From: Planctomycetota bacterium
GTDB lineage: Bacteria; Planctomycetota; UBA1135
Length of the DNA: 16,682 nt
NCBI GenBank assembly: GCA_045047305.1
Contig: JASFYO010000067.1
Location: 1-16,682, forward strand
Reading direction: 5' to 3'
The position numbers and the translations under genes are program-made. Positions 9,737 through 16,682 of the stretch are shown here, piece after piece; position 1 is the first letter of the stretch, and each line of letters opens with the position of its first letter. Under the pieces are notes generated by a model that did not search any database, was not told where the DNA came from, and saw nothing but the letters and a program-made list of their open reading frames with translations.

Positions 9737-12153
9737 AAATTTCGTTGAATTGGGTTTCAGATTTCGTCGATCTTTCCGGCGTCAGTGCCGAAAAAGTTTC
9801 TGATCTTCTCTCGCTGCACACTGCTGAAGTGGAAGGAATTGAAATTTATGGCGACGGCATCAAGGATGTCGTGGTGGGTCATGTGATTGCTTGCGGGCAG
9901 CACCCTGATGCAGACAAGCTCTCGCTGACAGAAGTCGATTTTGGTGGAGAAGAAACCGTTGCCGTCGTTTGTGGGGCCCCCAATGTTCGCAAAGGCTTGA
10001 AGATTGCTTTTGCGCCTGTTGGAAGCCGTCTGCCGGGCGACCTTAAGATTAAAAAAGCAAAATTGCGCGGACAAGTTTCCTGCGGCATGATTTGCTCCGA
10101 GCGGGAACTGGAGATGAGTGAAGAGCATGATGGCATCATGGAATTGCCAGACGACGCTCCTATTGGCGCTGTGTTGATTGATTATTTGCAACTTAAAGAT
10201 TCCATCCTTGAGCTGGATAATAAATCTTTGACCCACCGTCCCGACTTGTGGGGGCACTATGGTTTTGCGCGTGAGTTGGCAGCATTGCTTGGCCGTAGCC
10301 TTAAACCTCTGCAGACAGAAGTGGCTTGGCCGAAAAATCCAGGCGACTGGAATGTAGTGCGTACTGACGCTGAAGGTTGTTCCGTTTATGGAGCCCTTGA
10401 AATAGATTTGGGGTCCGTACCCAAAGTCTCAAACGCCTTGATTTCGCGCCGCCTGTTGGCTGTCGATCAGCGTTTGGTGAACGATGTCGTTGATTTAAGC
10501 AACTATGTGATGTTGGAGATCGGTCAACCAACTCATGCCTTTGACGCGGCCACGATTTCGGGGAAGAAGATAGAAGTACGTGCGGCAAACAGTGGTGAAA
10601 GTCTCGTCACACTGGATGGGGAAGAGCATTCTTTGATTAGCGAAGACTTGGTCATTGCTGATGAGCAACGAGTTTTAGCCCTGGCAGGTGTCATGGGAGG
10701 ACAAGCCACCGAAGTCACCCAATCCACTACGCGAATCGTGCTTGAGGCGGCGGCCTTCCACCCAACACGGGTGCGTCGAACCGCCCATCGCTTGGGTTTG
10801 CGCAGTGAAGCGAGTTCTCGTTTTGAAAAGTCTTTGGACCCTGCTTATGCGGCCGAAGCCATGGCCAGATTCTGTCACTTACTGTTGCAGGATCGCCCTA
10901 ACGCAAAGATCCTTCACGCGCCGATTGTCGATGCCGAGGCTGCTGCGGAAGGCATAAAGTTGCCATGGAACCCGGCCCATACTTCCAAGTTGCTGGGTAT
11001 CCCGTTGCATGCTTCCGAAATGGTTTCGATGCTAGAGGCCATTGGCTTTGACTTGGAACCCGATGGAAAAGATTTCCTTGTGTCGGTTCCCAGTTGGCGT
11101 GCTACCAAAGACGTTACTTCAGAGATTGATTTAGTCGAGGAAGTGGGGCGCATGTTCGGCTATGACCGCATCGAACCAGCAGCGCTGACTGCGCCTATCG
11201 AAGTTCCCGCACAGCAACCTCAGCGCTTGTTAGCAAGGGCCTTGGCGCAACGTTTAGTCTTGGCTCATGGCGCGCATGAAACTCAGTGCTACTCCTTTAT
11301 GGATTCTGCTTGGGCCGGACGCCTCGGGTTGAAGGAAACGGATTTTGAGCGCATAGATAACCCGGTGTTAGCTGAGGTCCATCTCATCCGCCGCGATCCT
11401 ATTCCGTCCTTGTTAGAGCAAGCTGCAGGGAACTTGAACGAGGTGAGCCGTGGTCGTCTGTGCGAGGTGGCCAAGGGGTATGAGCCCCAGCCTGGCATGG
11501 AACCCAAAGAGCGGCGCTGGCTAGGTCTTGTGGAGTGGGGGGAGAAGACTCTCCCGAAACAGGGGCAAGAAAGCCTTTTTGGCCGTGTGCGTGGATTGGC
11601 AAAGGACCTTTTACACAGTGTCGGTATCACGGAGGATCAGATCCAAGTGAAGCCGCAGGATTCGTCGGTCCAGGCCCCAGATTGGGCCCACCCTGTGCAA
11701 ACATTGCACTGGTGGATTGGTGGTGTCCAGATTGGATGGACTAGTCGTGTGCATCCTCAATTGTTGAAGGACCTGAATTATGGAGCCCATGATTGCGCCA
11801 TGATGTTGCTTGATTTGCAGGCTCTTAGCGCCTGTGCTGAAGAGCGGCACCCACGGTTTGTGGCACCATCACGTTTCCCAGGTATCAAGGTTGATGTGGC
11901 ATTGGCCCTCCCTACGGAAAAACTCTACGCGGAAGTTGAGCTTGCGCTACGTAAAGCGGGTGGCAAGTTACTTGATTCCCTGGCTCTATTTGATGTCTAT
12001 ACTGGTGAAGGCATGGCCGAGGGGCAACGAAGTTTGGCATTTCACTGCGTCTTACGGGCGGCTGACCGTACCTTAGGTGAGAAGGAGGAGCAAAAGTTCC
12101 TACGCAAGGTCGAACATGCCGCCGCTGAGTTGGGCGGAAACCTTCGTAGCTAA
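9733..12153 (+). CDS. pheT: Phenylalanine--tRNA ligase beta subunit
   Basis: HPDADKL, VVCGAPNV, GMICSEREL, NYVMLEIGQPTHAFD, EASSRFEK, DLVEEVGRMFGYD, C-terminal FDX-ACB domain (LFDVYTG...RSLAF...DRTL); ATGA overlap with pheS. Confidence 0.98.
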   Translation: MKISLNWVSDFVDLSGVSAEKVSDLLSLHTAEVEGIEIYGDGIKDVVVGHVIACGQHPDADKLSLTEVDFGGEETVAVVCGAPNVRKGLKIAFAPVGSRLPGDLKIKKAKLRGQVSCGMICSERELEMSEEHDGIMELPDDAPIGAVLIDYLQLKDSILELDNKSLTHRPDLWGHYGFARELAALLGRSLKPLQTEVAWPKNPGDWNVVRTDAEGCSVYGALEIDLGSVPKVSNALISRRLLAVDQRLVNDVVDLSNYVMLEIGQPTHAFDAATISGKKIEVRAANSGESLVTLDGEEHSLISEDLVIADEQRVLALAGVMGGQATEVTQSTTRIVLEAAAFHPTRVRRTAHRLGLRSEASSRFEKSLDPAYAAEAMARFCHLLLQDRPNAKILHAPIVDAEAAAEGIKLPWNPAHTSKLLGIPLHASEMVSMLEAIGFDLEPDGKDFLVSVPSWRATKDVTSEIDLVEEVGRMFGYDRIEPAALTAPIEVPAQQPQRLLARALAQRLVLAHGAHETQCYSFMDSAWAGRLGLKETDFERIDNPVLAEVHLIRRDPIPSLLEQAAGNLNEVSRGRLCEVAKGYEPQPGMEPKERRWLGLVEWGEKTLPKQGQESLFGRVRGLAKDLLHSVGITEDQIQVKPQDSSVQAPDWAHPVQTLHWWIGGVQIGWTSRVHPQLLKDLNYGAHDCAMMLLDLQALSACAEERHPRFVAPSRFPGIKVDVALALPTEKLYAEVELALRKAGGKLLDSLALFDVYTGEGMAEGQRSLAFHCVLRAADRTLGEKEEQKFLRKVEHAAAELGGNLRS

Positions 12154-12210
12154 ACGTCTCCCTAGAGGGTATTTTTACCGAGGGCAGAGCGTCCTCTCGC
12201 CCCATCATCC

Positions 12211-13686
12211 ATGGATTACCTGAAACGGAACTTCGACATCTTGTACATTGTGGTACAGGTATGGGTGGATGGTTTGATTGCGATTTTGGCCTGCATTTCC
12301 GGCTATTGGGTTTATTCTTCGATGATTTTACCACCGGGCGTCTTCATGCCTCCGATGGATGATTTTCGTCAACTTTTCGTTATGGTGACCGGTGTTGTGC
12401 TTTCTTGCTTTTGGTTATTTGGCCTTTACCAAGGGCAGAAGTCAATCCTGAACGTGGAAGAGTACCGGGGGATATTCAAGGCGACCTTAATGTCCTTCCT
12501 GATTACTTCTACGGCGGTCTTTTTGTTGAGAGAAGTGGAGTTCTCACATACCCCCGACCATTGGCTTTACCACCTTGCACGCTATCCGTACGCGCTACTG
12601 AAATTAGAGAACTCGGATAATTATTCGCGCGTTCTTTACCTCATTCTGTTCTTCTTCATTTTCCTCTTTTCGATGCTCGGCCGTGCGATTATGTTCCGTG
12701 TCTTATCGGAGTGTTATGCGCGTGGGATTGGAAACACCAACGTTGTAATCTTCGGCACCGGACCGATGGCTTTGCGCCTCCAGCAAAAACTTCGTTTGTT
12801 CCCAACTCTGGGATACCATTTTGTCGGCTTTGTGGAATCGCGTGAGTATGTGGGTGAAGGCATGGTCAATGGGTTCCCTGTCTTAGGCAATGAAGATGAG
12901 TTAGACCATTTGCGGGACGCCTACGATTTGCGCAGAATTCTTATTGCGAAACCCGAGTTCGATGAGGATCGACTTGTCGGTTTGTGCAAGAAGCTAGATA
13001 ACTTTGGTATTCTGTACCAAGTGGTGCCGAGGCTCTACCACTTCTTCTCGCGACGTTTTACGGTAGAGGCCATTGACTCTCTTCCTTTGATCACGCCGGT
13101 CCCATTGCGCGGCCGCCCAGTTTATAATTTTGTGAAACGATGCGGCGACATTGTAGTTTCGGCTTCGATTTTATTACTGACCTTGCCGATCACCTTGCTA
13201 GTCATTTTGTTGATTAAGCGTGAATCACCTGGACCAGTTTTCTTTACCCAGATTCGCCAGGGTGCGAATAACCGTTCTTTTCGTATGGTTAAGTTTCGCA
13301 CCATGTTTGCCGATATGTGCGGGGATGCCGTAACCCCGCAATCTGCAGCGGATCCACGTGTCACAAGAATCGGACGTTTTTTGCGCAAATCCTCTCTCGA
13401 CGAAATCCCTCAGTTGTGGAATGTTCTCAGCGGCCAAATGTCGATTGTGGGGCCGCGACCAGAAATGCCTTTTATTGTGGAGAAGTACAATGAAACGCAG
13501 ATGCTTCGCCTCGATGTCAAGCCAGGGATTACCGGATTGTGGCAAGTCTCAGAAGCACGCAAGGCGCCAATTCACGAAAACGTCGATTACGATTTGTATT
13601 ACATTGAAAATCAGTCGGTTTTCTTAGATGTAACCATTGCATTTCTGACCGTCGTAACCATGCTGCGTTTAACCAGTACTAACTAG
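12211..13686 (+). CDS. Polyprenyl glycosylphosphotransferase (WcaJ/WbaP/CpsE-type priming sugar transferase)
   Basis: Four N-terminal hydrophobic helices, Rossmann-like VVIFGTG, and C-terminal bacterial sugar transferase motifs KRCGDI, FRMVKFRTM, DPRVTRIGRFLRKSSLDEIPQLWNVLSGQMSIVGPRPE, KPGITGLWQVS. Sugar specificity cannot be assigned. Confidence 0.93.
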   Translation: MDYLKRNFDILYIVVQVWVDGLIAILACISGYWVYSSMILPPGVFMPPMDDFRQLFVMVTGVVLSCFWLFGLYQGQKSILNVEEYRGIFKATLMSFLITSTAVFLLREVEFSHTPDHWLYHLARYPYALLKLENSDNYSRVLYLILFFFIFLFSMLGRAIMFRVLSECYARGIGNTNVVIFGTGPMALRLQQKLRLFPTLGYHFVGFVESREYVGEGMVNGFPVLGNEDELDHLRDAYDLRRILIAKPEFDEDRLVGLCKKLDNFGILYQVVPRLYHFFSRRFTVEAIDSLPLITPVPLRGRPVYNFVKRCGDIVVSASILLLTLPITLLVILLIKRESPGPVFFTQIRQGANNRSFRMVKFRTMFADMCGDAVTPQSAADPRVTRIGRFLRKSSLDEIPQLWNVLSGQMSIVGPRPEMPFIVEKYNETQMLRLDVKPGITGLWQVSEARKAPIHENVDYDLYYIENQSVFLDVTIAFLTVVTMLRLTSTN

Positions 13687-14159
13687 TGACTGCCACCGAA
13701 GAAGCAAAAACCGACGGCCCATATCGCGGTCCCGATCGTCGATCACATCCGACACCCTTTCTGTCTAAGTACTCCTTTGTTGGAGGCAAACGCAAGTCTG
13801 GTGGGCGTCGACCCGGTGAAAACCGCGAAGTGTTTATTGACCGATACCCGCTTTGGGCGTGGATCATGCTGACCCTGTTTTTGGTGCTAAATTTGCTCGA
13901 TGCGCACTTCACCCTGATTTACTTGCAGCGCGGTGGAGAGGAAGCGAATCCGGTGGCGGTGAGACTACTCAACTCTGGCATGGGCACTTTTATCGGAGTT
14001 AAAGCCGTTGGCGTAGGTTTGGGCGCTATGGTTTTCTGCATCCTGAATAATTTCCGCAACTCGCGCATTGGTGTTGCGATAGCCCTCTGCTTTTACCAGC
14101 TTCTTTTGCTGTATCACATGTCGTTGTATTACGGTTGGGTCGGCAATGTAATTAGTTAA
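13686..14159 (+). CDS. DUF5658-like small membrane protein with an Arg-rich N-terminus
   Basis: GTG overlaps the upstream TAG by 1 nt. LNLLDAHFT...GGEEANP and about three hydrophobic helices resemble DUF5658 (recognised from memory). Polar N-terminus contains YRGPDRR and GGKRKSGGRR. Confidence 0.75.
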   Translation: MTATEEAKTDGPYRGPDRRSHPTPFLSKYSFVGGKRKSGGRRPGENREVFIDRYPLWAWIMLTLFLVLNLLDAHFTLIYLQRGGEEANPVAVRLLNSGMGTFIGVKAVGVGLGAMVFCILNNFRNSRIGVAIALCFYQLLLLYHMSLYYGWVGNVIS

Positions 14160-14214
14160 GCGATGCCTTCACGCCCCAGCATTCCTCTGGCGCTAGGTTT
14201 TTGGGTTGGAAGCC

Positions 14215-15195
14215 CTAATCCCAAATCAAGCCAATGGCCTGTGGAATGGTTCCTTCGACGTGTTCGCTGACAACCGCTGCTGGCACGCGCCCGGCTAAGC
14301 GGCGGAACAAGTCTTCCAAATACGGTGGGGGCGGTAAAGGGCGATTCGCTAATTCGGCAGGAGCGTCCATCTGCCAAAGTAAGCGGATTTTGCCTTCGTG
14401 CCCTTTTGCAATGAGGCGCAAAGGGCCTCCGGGACCAAAGCGTTGCAATAAAAGAAGCCCGGTGCGCATGGCGGCGCGAAGGTAGCGCCCGTCGGCATCG
14501 ACTTGAAGTCCAGCTGTGAATTCAACTTCCACTAAAATATCTTGCTCGAGGCAGGCCTCGGAAAGTTCTTCCACCAGGTTTTGTAGATTGGTGGGTGCTA
14601 CGTGAGCCTGAAGCTCTGAAGAGGCCAACTGGAGAAACTCCAATTGCGCGGCAATTTGGGTTGCTGCCTCTAGGGCAGGGGTGACAAGGGATAGGGTGCG
14701 TTCGTCATCCTGGCTTTCCAGAAGCTGGAGGTAGCCAGAAATGCTGGTAAGTGGGTCTTTAAGACCCTCCACCATGCCACCCATGAAAGCATCTGGAAAG
14801 GCACCCTTTGCGGTATTGCCTTGCTGCAGGCTTTCGAGGCACTGGGTGAGCCCAGTTGGAGTCCAGGGTTTCGGCAGCACACCGGTTCGTGGATGATCCA
14901 GCAGGTCTTCAAACCCAGCTAGGCCGCGGTCTCCAACCATCAACAGGGTCCAGGGACGTCGGTTTCCGTTGAGGCCTGCCCCAATGATGCGCAAATCGGC
15001 CAGAGAAAGCCGGTCTGTATCGACCAGGATGCCAGTAAGAGAAGGTTGGCGGCATTGTTCTAGCCAATCCTCCAAGCGAAACGGTTGCATTCGAATTTGG
15101 CTCCCTGGGCACAAGCCTCGCAACACCGCTTCGAGTCCGGAATCAGATTGCGGAGTGAAGACCAAAATGGTGGAGGGGATGCTGTTCTTAGCCAT
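14215..15195 (-). CDS. Degenerate receiver + HisKA + HATPase-like protein (probable pseudo-histidine kinase)
   Basis: Receiver-like ILVD59 and LPK109PW; HisKA-like VEGLKDPLTSISGYLQLL; VDADGRYLRAAM resembles the entry to the HATPase domain. Intact 326-codon ORF that fills the space between flanking genes. Confidence 0.72.
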   Translation of the reverse strand: MAKNSIPSTILVFTPQSDSGLEAVLRGLCPGSQIRMQPFRLEDWLEQCRQPSLTGILVDTDRLSLADLRIIGAGLNGNRRPWTLLMVGDRGLAGFEDLLDHPRTGVLPKPWTPTGLTQCLESLQQGNTAKGAFPDAFMGGMVEGLKDPLTSISGYLQLLESQDDERTLSLVTPALEAATQIAAQLEFLQLASSELQAHVAPTNLQNLVEELSEACLEQDILVEVEFTAGLQVDADGRYLRAAMRTGLLLLQRFGPGGPLRLIAKGHEGKIRLLWQMDAPAELANRPLPPPPYLEDLFRRLAGRVPAAVVSEHVEGTIPQAIGLIWD

Positions 15196-15209
15196 GTTCG
15201 GGTAACACG

Positions 15210-15218
15210 ATGCTACCA
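15210..15218 (-). promoter_or_regulatory. Candidate extended -10 element upstream of the pseudo-kinase gene
   Basis: Minus strand reads TGGTAGCAT (TGnTAnnAT), 14 nt before the ATG at 15195; the same TAGCAT hexamer precedes gmhB. Confidence 0.4.
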
Positions 15219-15243
15219 GGACTATGCATAGGATTCAGCTTTT

Positions 15244-15864
15244 CTAGGAGCTTCCTTCTTGGCCATTTGCGGTAGAGCTTGGTTCCCGTTCCACGGTGTG
15301 GCGCAAAATCCAAGGAACTGCTTCCGCTAGGTGGGCGCAGAATAAATCGGGCTGCTTACCTGCTTCGGCCAATTTTTGACGCATGGCCCGGCCCTTTCCA
15401 GTTCCCACTAGTACCGAAGGAAGATGCTTGGCGGCGAAACACTGTAGGTCTCGGACGTCGTCGCCGACTCCTACACTGCGTTCCCATTCAATTTCGAAAC
15501 TCTCCGCAGCACGGTCTAAAAGGCCGGCTAGAGGCTTCCTGCAACGGCAGCGGCGGCGCTCTGGCGCGACACCGACAGAGGGATGGTGTGGGCAGTGATA
15601 GTAGGCATCGATGCGAGCGCCTACAGGCTCTAAGAGTTCGTCCATTCGTGCTTGAATGGCCATCAAATCCCCCACGTCCAGCAGGCCACGAGCGATGCCG
15701 GATTGATTACTAACCACAATCAGCTGGAGTCCGTGTTGATGCAGTGTGGCTAATGCTTGGGCAACCCCAGGCAAGAGTTCTGTCTGGGCAGCGGACGATA
15801 GATATGGCACCTCGCGCAGTAGAGTGCCATCACGGTCCAAAAAGACTGTAGGTCGGGGAGCCAT
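15244..15864 (-). CDS. gmhB: HAD-IIIA phosphatase, D-glycero-D-manno-heptose 1,7-bisphosphate phosphatase-like
   Basis: VFLDRDGTL, VVSNQSGIARG, Zn motif YYHCPHHP...CRCRKP, VGDDVRD. Histidinol-phosphatase activity cannot be excluded. Confidence 0.85.
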   Translation of the reverse strand: MAPRPTVFLDRDGTLLREVPYLSSAAQTELLPGVAQALATLHQHGLQLIVVSNQSGIARGLLDVGDLMAIQARMDELLEPVGARIDAYYHCPHHPSVGVAPERRRCRCRKPLAGLLDRAAESFEIEWERSVGVGDDVRDLQCFAAKHLPSVLVGTGKGRAMRQKLAEAGKQPDLFCAHLAEAVPWILRHTVEREPSSTANGQEGSS

Positions 15865-15870
15865 TGGAGT

Positions 15871-15877
15871 TATGCTA
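15871..15877. promoter_or_regulatory. Overlapping -10 elements, candidate bidirectional promoter
   Basis: TATGCTA reads TATGCT on + (15871-15876) and TAGCAT on - (15877-15872) within the 21-bp gap between divergent start codons. Confidence 0.55.
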
Positions 15878-15885
15878 ACGCCAAC

Positions 15886-16674
15886 ATGAATGACAAACGA
15901 TACGAAAAGGCACTGGAAGAACTCCAGTCAAGAGGCGGAAGCGATCCATGGATGGTTTTCAAAATTATGGGCGAGTTCGTGGAAGGCTTCGACGTCATGC
16001 GCGAAGTCGGGCCCGGCATCTCCATTTTTGGTTCCGCACGGACCAAACCAAGTGACCCTCATTACAAAATGGGGGTGGAGGTTGCTGGCGCATTAGCTCG
16101 CCGCGGCTATACCATCATCACTGGCGGAGGTCCTGGTGCGATGGAAGCGGCAAATAAGGGTGCGCAAGAAGCGGGCGGTCAATCCATCGGATTGAATATC
16201 GATTTGCCGATGGAACAGGATCCTAATCCTTATCAAGATGTTGAGTTAAACTTTAAATACTTTTTCGCACGGAAAGTTTGCTTTGCGAAATATGCGCTTG
16301 GGTATGTCGTGCTGCCGGGTGGCTTTGGCACCATGGATGAGTTTTTTGAAGCTCTCACCCTCATTCAAACACGGAAGATGAAGGATTTCCCAATTGTTTT
16401 AATGGGCACCGATTACTGGGGTGGCCTTGTGCGTTGGATCAAGCGCACCATGGTGAATGAAGGAACGATTTCTCCTGAGGACCCCGACATGTTCTATCTA
16501 ACGGATGATCCACAAGAGGCCGCCATGGTCATTCAAAAGGCTTTGGAGGAAGGTTCCGGTATTCGCCCTGAGTGGAAGCGCCAAATCGCCCGCGCGAAAA
16601 AGCAAGCAGCCAGGATCCATGCGAATAAACGGATTGCTTCGCGCAAAAAAGCACCCGGCTCTAAAAAGAAATAA
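15886..16674 (+). CDS. LOG family (TIGR00730-like) nucleotide monophosphate phosphoribohydrolase
   Basis: ISIFGSART, IITGGGPGAMEAANKGA, FKYFFARK, and signature PGGFGTMDEFFE; Lys/Arg-rich C-terminal tail. Confidence 0.92.
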   Translation: MNDKRYEKALEELQSRGGSDPWMVFKIMGEFVEGFDVMREVGPGISIFGSARTKPSDPHYKMGVEVAGALARRGYTIITGGGPGAMEAANKGAQEAGGQSIGLNIDLPMEQDPNPYQDVELNFKYFFARKVCFAKYALGYVVLPGGFGTMDEFFEALTLIQTRKMKDFPIVLMGTDYWGGLVRWIKRTMVNEGTISPEDPDMFYLTDDPQEAAMVIQKALEEGSGIRPEWKRQIARAKKQAARIHANKRIASRKKAPGSKKK

Positions 16675-16682
16675 AAAAGCCA

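Noticed and set aside
14160..14214. Intrinsic terminator between the convergent genes
   Set aside because: Only a weak bulged stem (CGCCCCAG...CTGGCG), and the T-run is separated from it by several bases.
14215..15195. Pseudogene call for the degenerate kinase
   Set aside because: The frame is intact over 326 codons, all three domains look full length and there is a candidate promoter.
15279..15713. Plus-strand 144-aa and 71-aa ORFs over gmhB, and other short overlapping ORFs in the track
   Set aside because: They overlap well-supported genes and have no recognisable domains.

Overview
Compact housekeeping window from a bacterium that is probably a planctomycete (inferred from sequence quirks in the ATP synthase beta subunit and overall protein style; not verified). 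The + strand carries 14 tightly packed genes from 27 to 14159: atpF-atpH-atpA-atpG-atpD-atpC-aspS-infC-rpmI-rplT-pheS-pheT, a WcaJ/CpsE-type priming glycosyltransferase and a DUF5658-like membrane protein. The - strand then carries gmhB and a degenerate receiver-HisKA-HATPase protein, and a LOG-family gene diverges on the + strand. I saw no RNA genes, mobile elements or CRISPR arrays. Most notable: (i) a Cle-type c-di-GMP-binding-like motif (YRGPDRR) at the N-terminus of the membrane protein whose gene overlaps the priming glycosyltransferase; (ii) a hybrid pseudo-histidine kinase with Glu at the phospho-His position and no ATP-binding boxes; (iii) a probable AUA start and a 62-aa tail on IF3; (iv) aspS in the usual thrS position and overlapping atpC; (v) a 21-bp divergent gap with overlapping -10 elements, suggesting a bidirectional, near-leaderless promoter.
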